Shown here piece by piece: positions 11,866 through 24,132 of a stretch of DNA of 64,000 bases. Origin of the DNA: Octopus sinensis (Eukaryota). The notes beneath the pieces are model-generated. The model saw nothing but the letters and a program-made list of their open reading frames with translations, had not been told where the DNA came from and searched no databases. The position numbers and the translations under genes were made by a program. Location of the stretch: the NCBI RefSeq assembly GCF_006345805.1, contig NC_042998.1, positions 102,548,001 through 102,612,000 of the forward strand. Direction: 5' to 3'. Each line of letters opens with the position of its first letter. Positions within the stretch are counted from its first letter, which is position 1.

Positions 11866-14800
11866 GGCATATGGGGTATTTGTTAGGGATAGCACTTGTG
11901 TTCACCATCTGTCGCATGCCAATAGCATGTATGATGATCATTAGTTCACAATAAAAACCTCAACCCTCACTTATGACTCGAGTAGCCTGTTCTGCACGCC
12001 GGCGGTCATGTCCCGAGATTTCCACTCGACACTTGTGCTAAACTAAGTGAGGGGCAGCGGCAGTTACAGTGCTGTTGTGATAGAATATATAACTTCCCTT
12101 AAGTGCATGAAGTCTGTGAGCGCGGAGAGGGCGGATGACCCATAGAGTCAGATGGACAACGGCCTTGAAGGCGGAACCAGCAATGTGTGTGATACACATA
12201 GGGTACACTCAGGTACTCAAGGAGTATGTGGCCAATCACCACGAATATACCCAGTAGTTAAACAATAATGTATAAAGTCAATAAAAACAACCCATACCGC
12301 ATCACTCGTCACGCGAGTCAACAAGGAGCGAGCCGCCTAGTGAGAAGTCAGATTGGGAGCGAACAGTTGGTTGCTATTTCGAACTCTACCCACTCCCGGG
12401 CAACTGTGGGCAACTTAACCGAGGAAAACTTCAACCTGGGCCCCAACGATGCAAGCCATACTACACGCAAAAACCCTAGAACTAAATGGAATCAGGAAGA
12501 GCATAAACTAGTAATGGAAGCATACTACGCGGCGGTAGTCACACTATCAGAAGATAACACGACAAAATGGACTTATCAGTTATGGAGACAAACAAAATCC
12601 AGCTTCAAGGTTAAATATGCATCCCAACAAATTAGGGAATGTCCGAAGAGATATCATTAGAAACAGGAGGCTCACAGACACTGAGCTGGAAGAAAAAAAA
12701 AGTCAACAGATCTCACCGTATAAGACTAAATACAAATGAGATCGAAATACGGACTACAGAAACGAAGAAGATTATTTGAGGATCCCTCTGTGAGTAATGA
12801 GATAGAAGAATCTGTACAACAACCAGCAACACGAAACAGTGACATGGATAGGGAGAAATATTTCGAACTAAAAGAAGAAATACAGAGAAAATGCGGAACA
12901 GGTAAAATCACAAGACACCACAGACAGAGGGACCACACCAAATGTCAGTATGGATAAGAACCTGAAGGAGTTGATTAGAATAATGTAATAGAAGAGATAA
13001 AATCAACATCAATAGAACCATTAAATATAACACACTACGCCAACTAGCATATGCTACAGCTACAGATATTACTGAAGCAAAAGGCATAAAACTAAAAAAG
13101 AAAACTGCTCCTCAGAATGAAAGACAATCAAAATGGAAAGAAAGCTTAGAAAAGGATATAGAATGCATGAGAGGTGATCTATCAATACTGACCGAAATAA
13201 GAAACGGAAACCAGGTCAACCAAAGAAAAGCCAAGAAAATATGCAAAAAGCATTGGATCAAACAAAAAAAAACTAAATACCTGAAGCAAAAGTAAACCTA
13301 AAGCAAAAAACCCAAGCAAAAGCACAACGACTGTCACGATATATAAAGAGAAGCAAGCAATTTAGACGAAACAAATTATTTAAAGAAAATGGAAAGAAAA
13401 TTTTACAGGAAACTCGGTAAACGACAAATAAATGTTGAGCAACCGCCAAAAAAAGAGGATATGGAAAATGTCTGAAGTACGATATGGGATAATGAAAAAC
13501 AACATAATGAAGACGCAGAATGGTTTAAGGAAAAAGTAACATTCCTGAAAAATAAAGAAGTTCAGGAATGGGAAGATATTCAAAAGGAGGAGGCCACCCT
13601 GGCCCTGAAAAAAGCCAGCAATTGGAAGTCACCGGGAATAGATCAAGTACCAAACTTCTGGATCAAGCAGCTACTTGATATACATGGAGATATGTCATCA
13701 GCATACAACGAAGTCATGAAACATCCAGAAAATAGCCCAGACTGGTTGACACAGGGAGTGACATACCTGTACCAAAAACAAATGACACAGACAACGCATA
13801 GAACTATAGACCAATCACTGTCTACCAACAATGTGTAAAATATTAATATCTGTAATCACTGAAAGAACATACACATTCCTAGAAGTAAACAACCTACTGC
13901 TACCAGAACAAAAAGGCTGTCGAAGAGGGAGCTACGGATGCAAGGACCAATTGCTGATAAACAAAAGGATTTCTGAAGACTGCAAAACCAGGAAATCGAA
14001 CCTGAGCACATCATGGATCGACTATAAAAAGTCGTTCGATAGTGTACCTCATTCATCGATTCTGAAAGTGATAGAAGTATACAAAGTATCCCCAACTCTC
14101 ATGAAGTATATGAAACACAGCATGAATACATGGGGAACTACGTTGACGCTGAACCATTCCAGTGGATCAATAACAAGCAGACCAATCAAAATCAAAAGTT
14201 GTATTTCCAGAGGGGACTCACTGTCACCCTTAATATTATGCTTGGCATTAGCACCATTAAGTACCATGCTCAACAAAACCGGGTATGTATATAAGATCAA
14301 TAAGTACAAAGGGGGTTCTACATGGATGATCTGAAAATGTACTCAAAAAATGATGAACAACAAGAAGTTCTACTTGCTACGGTTAAAAAGTTCAGTGGTG
14401 ATACCATGATGTAGTTTGGACTGGAGAAATACGCGAAAGCCAATTTCATAAGAGGCAAACTAACATGTTCTGCGGATATCCACGTAGATACAGAAGCAAG
14501 AATCCGAGCACTGGACCAGGAAGAAGCATATAAATACTTTGGCAAAGACGAAAGTAACGGCATAAAACATTCAGCAATGAAAGAGAAGATTAGAAAAGAG
14601 TACTACAGGAGAGTACGGTTAGTAACAAAGACTGAACTCAACGCTGCAAACAAAATAGAAGCTGTTAACACTCTTATAGTACCAATCGTAGCTTACAGTT
14701 TCAACATAATCAACTGGCAAATGAGTGAGATATACAAGCTAGACTCCAAGACCAAACTACTAACCAGGGCTCGAAAGAACCACCCAAAAGCGGACGTGAA

Positions 14801-15722
14801 CATGGTTTATTTACCTAGAAGCATGGGAGGAAGAGGGCTAACTCAATGAGAATTATCTTATAAAACCACCACTGTAGGATTAAATACATACCTTGAGTTT
14901 CAAAAGACCCCATAATGAAGCTTGTGCACCAGCATGATAAAGAAAAGAAGCTATACTCGGTACATAAAGAATCTGTACAGTTTACGAAACAACTGATGAT
15001 GGGGGAACCGAGGATGAGGGCGAGTGGGAAAGTAACCCAATTTGCTAAAAGAGTTAAGGAAGAGATGAAAAAACAAGCCCAGAAGAATGGCTAGAAAAAC
15101 TGATGCAGGGCCGATACCCATGTAGAGTGAACAAATCAGACGTAGAAAAACGAGACAAACCTAATATATTCATAGATACGATAAAGTAGCGCAATATATC
15201 CATTGGAAGATATGTAAACACTACTATCTTCCAACTTCAGAAAGATGGTATCAGCAAACTGTGACTTGAAAAGATGATGTAACAGTACTCTGAGACATGC
15301 CAATCAACACCGATAAAGAAATCAAGGCAAACAAGCCAGACGTAATCATCAAAGATAAGAAGAATAAGAAAAGCTTAATGATAGATGTGACAGTACCATC
15401 AGAGAGAAATGTGTCCGTTAAAGAAGTTGAGAAGTTGTTTAAATACAAAGACCTAGAAATTGAAGTGACCAAGATGTGGGGAATGAAAAGTAGCACAGCA
15501 CCAGTGGTGATTGGAGCGTTAGGGCTAATTAATAAGGGCCTTGATAAGCAGCTCAACAAACTCCCTTGCAGTATTAACGTAGGAGAACTTCAGAAAATGG
15601 TGTTGCTAGGTTCCGCACACATTTTACGCTATTTACTCTCCATGAGATGAGGACCTGCTCTAACCTTAGGGTTAAGGGATGATTCCGGTTCAGCAGAAGA
15701 CAACGAACCATATCTTATTTTA
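11866..15722 (+). mobile_element. Near full-length but degenerate R4/Dong-type RLE LINE, copy C (different subfamily)
   Basis: N-terminal RTKWNQEEHKLVMEAYY; RT motifs NWKSPGIDQVPNFWIK, YRPITCL, EQKGCRRGSYGCKDQLLINK, WIDYKKSFDSVPH, GDSLSPL, MDDLKMY, GGRGL; RLE NKPDVIIKD..IDVTVP..K..KYKDL. Many stops and frameshifts; the CCHC knuckle appears deleted near 15160. Confidence 0.9.
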
Positions 15723-15723
15723 A

Positions 15724-15792
<69 letters not shown>
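15723..15792. repeat. (AAT)n tail of LINE copy C
   Basis: Direct reading. Confidence 0.97.
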
Positions 15793-15794
<2 letters not shown>

Positions 15795-16139
15795 AAATAA
15801 AAATAATATTTCGACATCTCATGTCTTCCACAGGTTCAAAAATAGACTTGTCAATCTACTTAATTTTGGTGTGTGTGTGTGTGTTTGTGTGTGTGCGTCT
15901 GTGTGTGTCTACATTAATAGACACGTAGATACTCGTCCAGTGTGCTACGACGCGGAACTGAACCCAAAGCCATGTGGTCGTGAAGCTTGCTTTTTATAAT
16001 AGTGCATCTACATATATTGCTTCATTTACTTTTATTCGATCTGCTGATGCAATTTTGCGAACTTCCTAAAGATAACGTTATTCAATTTTCTCCACTTTCT
16101 TAGCACACACATATATGTATACATAAATACAAACACTTT

Positions 16140-16205
<66 letters not shown>

Positions 16206-16689
16206 TGTGTGTGTGTGTGTAATGTTTTTGAATCACAACACACTTTTATCAACTGGAGACGTACAACTTCAGGTATAATGCTGACTAACTGTATCAAATT
16301 AATAAGTTTGGTTATTCATAACTTATTCCTTACAGAGCAAAACGATTTTAATTGAGTCTCAGTGAAGTGTCTAAAATTACTTGATGCTACCTTCATTCAT
16401 TCTCCAATGTATGCATCCATATAAGAGAATTGAAGTACCACTCAGCGTAAACCAGTACAAAATGTTTGCACAGATTCCAGAAGGAGCCATCTAAAGGCAT
16501 ATTCTCAATCATATATGTATATATATATTTGTTGGTATGAGTGTATGCATGTTCATAGAAGAACATCAAATGGAATATTCCGAAATGCTTATCATACTTT
16601 CAAATTCTCTCATCAATTCTGAGAATTCGAATCAAATTGCTTTGATCATTATTTTGAGAAGCGAAACAGCTTTTCTAAGTTTCTGTCCA

Positions 16690-17230
16690 GCGTTGTTGTT
16701 GCGTCGATGATAATTGATAATCCCCTCAATAATAGTGTTGTATATTTCTCGTTAATTCTCCGTGTATGTTATCCTTCCTTCTCTCCAGCTTTTGAAAAAC
16801 ATTCACTTCCTTTGGGTAGTTGATCTATACAACGGTGTACAAATTTTGCTCCATGTTGTATATAACTATGTCTGGCCTGTTGTAGATGCCCCTGGTTAAA
16901 GGTTTTATTCTAATTAAACCAGTATTTCTTTTATTTTTAAAGGTGTAGGTACTTTCTCTTTCTGGTGACCTTATGGTAAGACTATCACGAAAATCTTTCC
17001 AGCGTAGAGTATTGTAGACCGTCTTAGCGACAATGCCATATCTCAAGGGAAGGTAATATCTAGCAGATATTCTTGAATAATTATTGACAATACAAGTAAT
17101 ATCTTCCGCCTCATTATGCATTGCAGGTTCGAGATTTTCTGAATGATCATATTCCAGGGTGATAGATCGGGCGTAGTTGGCCAGTAGACTGGGCACCACT
17201 GTCACCAGGTTTAACTCCCGTGGACTTTTT
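16690..17230 (-). pseudogene. Decayed RLE-LINE C-terminal fragment (further subfamily)
   Basis: HNEAEDITCIVNNYSRISARYYLPLRYGIVAKTVYN...YNRPDIVIY: eroded zinc knuckle, RH(D) and RPD motifs. Confidence 0.65.
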
Positions 17231-17408
17231 TCTGGAGCTACATGACCAACAATTTGAACCTTTGTAATGGATTACCTACTTCATTGCTAATAAAGCATAC
17301 TTAATAGGTCTCGTGGTGCGTGATTTTGTGGCCACCCTGCAGAACGTCTTACATACATACATACATACATACATATATGCATGCATACATACATGCATAC
17401 ACACACAT

Positions 17409-17464
<56 letters not shown>

Positions 17465-17485
17465 ATATATGCACTATACTACTAT

Positions 17486-19486
17486 GTATACTACTATACT
17501 TTATTTCATTCAATTTGCCAGCAAAGCATTACATAGAAGTAGCTGCGGGCTGGATAATAACATTAATGAGATGAACGATGAAATATATGGTACTAGTGTG
17601 CGAAGGCAGAAAGCGCCCGCCGATATCTGCTTCTCTAAAACATTGTTCCTTTAGAAAACATGCAATTTGAGGTAATAAACAAAGTTCCGTTTGAACTGAA
17701 GGTCCTTACAATGAGGCACTAAGCCACTTATCCTTAAAAATGAGCCACTAGGCCTCTTACATTTACTGATTATACAATTTGCCACCAGCCCGGCACCCGG
17801 TCAGGCTCAAAGCGTCACTCAAGCATTCCGATAGTGCCAAGTCAGGGTGCCTTATTCAGAACCGGAATACATCTTCTGGGAAGGAGTCCATTACCTTAAA
17901 AAGATCCGTCTGAGATGACCTCCACAGCTACCTACGGAGACCATCCAGGATCTTTAATACAGGTTATGTCTCCTCACCTGGTAAACTTTTAGTAAACTTT
18001 CTCACCACCTCTCTCCTTCGGGAGAAGGCCAAATATTCTTCCTCCATTGGGTCGACGGCACAACGTCCACCATTGGTGGCACAAATGTCAACCGACGGGG
18101 CTTCGGTACATGCCAGCAGTATATTGACCGCTGGCACTGTCCCGTTTTTCTTCTTTTTTCTCCCCTTTGCAAAGGGAGGGTGTAGTTCCTCCGTTTTGAC
18201 CGAAAGATATCTCCCTCCCGCAGCCTTGGGCTCCTTCGGTAGATGACCATTGTTGCCCACCTTCTTTCATTTTTTCTCTTTTTTTCAGCGGGGTCTTCAC
18301 TGCCTCCATTCCACCCTCCGAAAAAGTAGGTGGAGGTTCTTCCATCACTAGCTGTCCCAGAACCTTACTTGGGTCCTGGGGACAGTGTTTTTAATGTGGC
18401 CTCATTCCAGACACGGGTGACACTTGGGGGGCGTCCCTCAAGCATCATCCGATCCTAGAACTGGCCATTTTAAGAAAATCTGGAAACACCAGATTCTTGG
18501 CTGATTGGGTCTACAGGGTCAAAACCGCATTTGACCCCATCCAATCAGCCGCAGACAACATTTTTACCTTGAGAAGCTTGGTTCCGCTGCCACCCAGACC
18601 CCGGCGGATAGTGTCTTCTATCCACTCGGGTTCTATCCCAGGTGGCAACCCAGTGTGGTTGCTATTTGACACCCCTCTTCATAGGTTTTAAATAGCAACC
18701 ACACCGTCGCATATTTGACAACCCTGGAAATCAATTTTAAAGTTGGCATGTATTCCGTCAACACTCTCTCTCTATCAATCTTTTTAATGAGGGCGATGGT
18801 GTCGAGCGAATTGGAGTACGTACGCAGCCCCACCGTCCTCTCCTCAAGACTTTTTATCCACTGTTTGGGTGGGACAATTTCCCACTCCAACACTTATAAC
18901 TTTCCTTTGCCATGTTTGAGAGCAAAAAAAGTTAAACACAAGTTCTAAACATTTCGAAGATAAAACAAAAAAAGAGGAGAGCAGAAAGAAGGAAGACAGT
19001 TCAAAACACAGCAGAATTCAATAAAGCACAATTCCGACCGACAGCATTGCTGGCCTAGGGTAATCCACTGGCAGGAACGGAGCTCCACAAATTGGTACAA
19101 TTCGTGGAATTGTACCAATTTTTGGTAAAATTGGTACCAACGGTTTGGTAAAATCCGCAATGTTTGGTAAAATTCCACGAATTTCACAACGTTTTTGGCG
19201 CTGAGACAATCCCCCAAAACAATTCCCCTTAAATGAACAATAATGCTCAACTGCAAGCAGACAAATGTCTAGAATCCGGTGAGGACTGTGAGGACTCCTT
19301 GTCTGGGAAAAATTATTACACACCAAACAACAAACCCCCACTGGACCCAAAAAAATAAAAGCCTTACCTTACAGTTGAGCTCTTTTTGTAAATAATTCGC
19401 AGCTACAAAAGAGCGTGCAACTTCCTTAGTGCTAAGAACAACACTAACAACAGCGCATGCGTGTAAGCAAGCTACTTACCACTCCT
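17486..19486 (-). mobile_element. Internally deleted L1/Tx1-like element retaining ORF1 (HAL1-like), bounded by a 13-bp direct repeat
   Basis: ACTATACTACTAT at 17473-17485 and 19487-19499; decayed ORF1 with C-x2-C-x4-H-x4-C (18382-18422); APE start motif SVNVRGL (17749-17769); AATAAA at 17500-17505 on the - strand. Confidence 0.6.
17900..18915 (-). pseudogene. Decayed gag-like ORF1 with CCHC zinc knuckle
   Basis: LEERTVGLRTY...LPPGIEPEWIEDTIRRGL...FPDFL...PPKCHPCLE*GHIKKHCP (needs one indel correction), then a K/E-rich tail. Confidence 0.6.
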
Positions 19487-19564
19487 ACTATACTACTATA
19501 TGAACCTAAAGACTGCACAGTTTATGGTTTAAGGCATGAATGTACTAGTTTAAACAGAATGAAT

Positions 19565-20061
19565 ATATAACGGTTGTATACTGTCAACTTAACGTGACAG
19601 TAGGGGATTACAACACCACTGTTTAGCCCTAGGAAGCATCGACGCTTCCTGTTGGCTTCGACACACTTACTGTGTCCTTATATATTTACAAAGGGGAGAC
19701 AAATACCCCCAACAGCTAGGCCTGCATCTAGAGACACGCATGTTTCAGGGTCCTTGCCCTTCATCGGTAATCAGTGAATAAACTTCACTGAAAATTAGAT
19801 ATCTATATTTAGGAAATCGAGACAAATACTCGCAGGTAGCAGGCTAATGCAACTCTATACCGATGAAGGGCAAGGACCCTGAAACATGCGTGTCTCTAGA
19901 TACAGGCGTAGCTGTTGGTGGTATGTGTCTCCTCTTCGTAAATATATAAGGACACATAAGTGTGTCAAAGCCAACAGGAAGTGTCGATGCTTCCTAGGGC
20001 TAAACAGCGGTGGTGTAATCCCCTACTTTTACGTTAAGTTGACAGTATACAACCATTATAT
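19565..20061. mobile_element. Inverted pair of ~200-bp PLE pLTR-like arms, each carrying a hammerhead-like motif
   Basis: 19565-19768 is the reverse complement of 19859-20061; motif CCGATGA-AGGG-CAAGGA-CCCT-GAAACA-TGCG-TGTC. Confidence 0.75.
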
Positions 20062-20237
20062 CGCCCCACCACCATACATATCTCTATGAGATATTTAGAA
20101 ATTTAATATTTCTGAATACATAACATTCTATCGTTACCGTATATTATATTAACATAAGATTGTAAATAAAACATGAAAATCAAAGTTGGAATTCTTGTCA
20201 GTAATATATATATATACATACATACATATATACATGC

Positions 20238-20238
<1 letters not shown>

Positions 20239-20315
<77 letters not shown>

Positions 20316-20320
20316 GGATT

Positions 20321-20384
<64 letters not shown>

Positions 20385-20404
20385 TAGATAGATAGATAGA
20401 TAGA
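20239..20404. repeat. (GATA)n microsatellite
   Basis: Direct reading. Confidence 0.97.
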
Positions 20405-20429
20405 TATCGATATCCAAAGACAAGGAGTG

Positions 20430-20485
<56 letters not shown>

Positions 20486-20556
20486 ATATTCTATACAATA
20501 CTGGTAAGCATTTCACCCGGTATGCTAACGTTCCAGCCAGCACCCCGCTTAAGTAA

Positions 20557-20795
20557 ATGATTACAAAAAGTCTGCAGTAGTGATGGAAACGAAGTAAAGG
20601 ATACAATGAAGAGCGAATTTAAAATTCGGGATAGTAAACTTAGTTAGAGTACCAACGGCCGTATGTTGGGATTCATTGCTTGAAATGTAAGGAACCTCCA
20701 GAAACTACCGGTGGTACCCTACTTTAATTTTAACTTCGCTCCTCATTGCATCTTTTAGTTCGTTCCCATCACCACTTCAGACTTTCTGCAATATA
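20557..20795. mobile_element. Small MITE-like foldback with ~60-70-bp imperfect inverted arms
   Basis: AAAGTCTGCAGTAGTGATGGAAACGAAGTAAAGGATACAATGAAGAGCGAATTTAAAATT pairs with 20726-20786. Confidence 0.7.
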
Positions 20796-21039
20796 TTACA
20801 TATACACGCATGTTTTAAAGTTTTTATGTCTGTATAAAGATACTCTTTAAAATATATTAGTTTAAGCATATATATATTTTGATATATTTATTTACTTACA
20901 GATTTTATTCATATAGATTTAATTTATTATTTATAATTCTCCTCTAAATTCATCTCAAATCGGAGTCATGTTTGCGGATTGAATCACCAGGTCTTTTGTT
21001 TCTTCACATTAAATATTTATATCTTTCGTCTCAAGTTAC

Positions 21040-21083
21040 TTCTCTCACTGTATGGAGGTCCAAACCTCCATACAGTGAGAGAA
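21040..21083. repeat. Perfect 20-bp hairpin with 4-nt loop
   Basis: TTCTCTCACTGTATGGAGGT-CCAA-ACCTCCATACAGTGAGAGAA. Confidence 0.9.
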
Positions 21084-21116
21084 TTTCTAATCAATCTTCT
21101 TCTCAAAACAATTATA

Positions 21117-21386
21117 TGTATGTATGTATGTATGTGTGTATGTATGTATGTATGTATGTATGTATGTATGTATGTATGTGTGTATGTATATATATATATT
21201 ATATATATATATATAATATAATATAATATAATATAATATAATATAATATAATACAATACATATATATATATATATACTTATATGAATATATATATAATAT
21301 GATATAATATAATATATATATATATATAATATAATATAATGTATACATATATATATATATATAAATAATATAATGTATACATATAT

Positions 21387-21439
<53 letters not shown>

Positions 21440-21480
21440 GTGTGTGTGTGTATGTTATGTATGTATGTATGTATATATGG
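21117..21480. repeat. Compound (GTAT)n/(TA)n/(TG)n low-complexity tract
   Basis: Direct reading. Confidence 0.95.
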
Positions 21481-21879
21481 AAAAAAAGTCAATCTGAAAA
21501 ATGCTAAAATAATTTTATAAAATCATTTCAGTACCGGTTTCAGTCATTGAGACTTTTTAAAAGTTCCAACAATTCCCGCATATCTTGGAGTCGTTAAAAT
21601 AATATACTATTCACGTACAGTAATTGGTATTATCGTTTCCCCATTTCCCTCTTTAGATTATGATATTTTAGAGATCATCATTCCAAATCGTTATGCTAAT
21701 CATGTACCGGTGTGAGTTTAATGGATAACATTCTCTTCTGAAATTTGTCCGCTTGTGCCTATTTTACAAACGATTATTAGGCAGTCGAATTCATAAAAGC
21801 AACCAGAAAACTAATTTGCAACAATTTTGCATGTTTCAATCGCTAATATTCGTATCAAATTTTGACACAGGGCTAGTAA

Positions 21880-22215
21880 TTGCAAGGTCGGAGGATATCG
21901 ATTACATAGACCCAAGTGTTCAACTGGTACTTATTTTATCAACCCCGATAGGATGAAAGGCAAATTCGAGTCAGGAATTTGTACTCAGAATATAAAGTTG
22001 AAGGAAATGCCGCTAAGCATTTCGTCTGCTCCATACCTATAAATATCGCTGACATTGGTTTCAAATTAAGGCGGCGAGCTGATAGTATCGTTAGCATGCT
22101 GGGCGGAATGCTTCTCTGAATTTCAACCGTCTTCACATTCTGAGTTCAAAGGCCGTCGCGGTCGACTTTGCCATTCATTCTTTTGGGGTCGATAACATAC
22201 GTACCAGTTCTATAT
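21880..22215. mobile_element. Two oppositely oriented copies of SINE family 1 (AGGCGGCGAGCTGGCAG... head)
   Basis: Minus copy ~21880-22030 and plus copy ~22068-22215; both match 50349-50922. Confidence 0.75.
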
Positions 22216-22236
22216 TTAAGGGATAAGGAATTATGT

Positions 22237-22441
22237 ACATTATTTACATTATTTACATTTGACGTATATCTGTCCTTATCTTGTTTGTTGTTAACACAAC
22301 ATTTCGGCTGATATACCCTCCAGCCTTCATCACGTGTCTTGGGGAAATTCCCTCCATAATTGCCTACGGGCATATGACGTAGTGGTTAAGAGCACGGGCT
22401 ACTAACCCAAAGATTCCGAGTTTGATTCCAAGCAGTGCGGC

Positions 22442-22525
<84 letters not shown>

Positions 22526-22677
22526 TAATAATAATAATAATGAGAACCCAGGTTTGAAATTTCCCCAAGACACCGATGAAGGCTGGAGGGTATATCAGCT
22601 GAAACGTTGTGTTAACAAACAAGATGAGGACAAATATCCGTCAAATGTAAATAATGTAAATAACGTAAATAATGTAA
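22237..22677. mobile_element. Inverted pair of PLE pLTR-like arms with hammerhead motifs, enclosing a tRNA-like SINE head and (AAT)n
   Basis: 22237-22349 is the reverse complement of 22558-22677; inferred consensus GACAC-CTGATGA-A-GGCTG...CAGCC-GAAAC-GTT-GTGTT. SINE head at 22375-22440, (AAT)n at 22442-22541. Confidence 0.7.
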
Positions 22678-23934
22678 AAATGTAAAATATGTACCAGTTG
22701 AGCACTGGCTTCGATGTAATCAACTTAATCACTATCTCGAAATTGCTGGCTTTGTGCTAAAATTTGAAGCCAATATTCTTTTCAGATTTTGGCACAAGGT
22801 CATAAAAATCGCTTATATTGACATTTGAATTACATCTTTGCGTTGATAAAAAATGATGTACTATTAAAATATTGGAGTCTATGTTATCGACATGTCGCTC
22901 TCCTGCTCCCGCAAAATGCTGATCTTAGCTGAAATTTGAAATCAATATATATTTACTAACTATATTTTTCTTGGAGAGACTGCCATTGTCATGACAGAAA
23001 TAGATCTATGGGGAAAATATTTATGTTTTATATATAAAAGTTTCCACCAGAAAATAATATTTACGAGATGTCATTTTAGGGGAATTTCATGATACATTCT
23101 AAATGACCGGGAGAAATATTTTGCAGTATATTTTCTCCTGAGAAAAATTCAAGGATGATACAAAAGGAAAGAATGAGAAACTGCAGAAGATAGAGAAGAT
23201 AAATAGGAAATGGCGAGAAAAGAAAAAAGAGAAAAATCAGAGATGGGTATACAAGAAGTCAAATAGAAAAGTTAGAAAAGCGAGAAAGAGAGAGAGTGTG
23301 TGTGAGTGAGAGAGAGAGAGAGTTTGTGAGAGAGAGTGTGTGTATTTGCGAGAGAATGTGTGTGTGAGAGATAGAAAGAGAGTGTATGAGTGGAAGAGTG
23401 TGTCTGAGAGAGAGAAAGAGAGAGAGAGTGTGTGTGTGCGTGTGAGAGACAGACAAAAAGAAAGGATGGAATGATATTTGGAAAAGGAGAAAATAAGGGA
23501 GTGTTATGCAGAAAATAGATGATAAATAAATTATATCGATTGAAGTTTAACACCTGGAAACTGAAATCTTCCACTCAGGTCTGCTGTCCTCATTTAAAGT
23601 AACAACAAAAATAATTGATATTTCTAATTTAGGCACGGAGCAGGCAGATTTCAAAGCGAAGAATAGTCAATACCATCGAGTCAGCACTTGACTCGTATTT
23701 TATTTTAGGATAAAAGAAAAATTGTCTTCATTGCAATATGAACTAAAAAAATGAAAGATGAAAAAAACTGAATGGATTTTTGACCTACGTTGTAATTACT
23801 CTCCCAAATCACTATGGGAAATTGCCAACAACGACAATCATACATAAAAAGATAGTTACGTAAAAACAAAAGTTTTTACACTATATACTGATATATTTTT
23901 CTTTTTAATGCAAAGATATATAACGTTTATACTA

Positions 23935-24132
23935 TACGCACAAGGCCAGAAATCTTTGGGCAAGGGGTTCAGTCGATGAGATTGAATCCAGTACGCAACT
24001 TATATTTAGTTTATCGATCCCTGCAAGGAAAAGTCAACCTCGGCAGAATTTGAACTCAGAATGTAGCGAAGGACCAAATATCGCTAAGCATTTCCTCCAG
24101 CGAACGAACGACTCTGCTAGCTCGCCGCCTTA
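23935..24132 (-). mobile_element. SINE family 1 copy
   Basis: GGAAAAGTCAACCTCGGCAGAATTTGAACTCAGAATGTAG...GCTAAGCATTT...CTCGCCGCCT. Confidence 0.75.

Noticed and set aside
11998-12030. GCCGGCGGTCATGTCCCGAG resembles the 5' end of the HDV ribozyme, in an R4-type 5' UTR where such ribozymes can occur
   Set aside because: No downstream P1 complement or nested pseudoknot could be built by eye; a descriptor search is needed.
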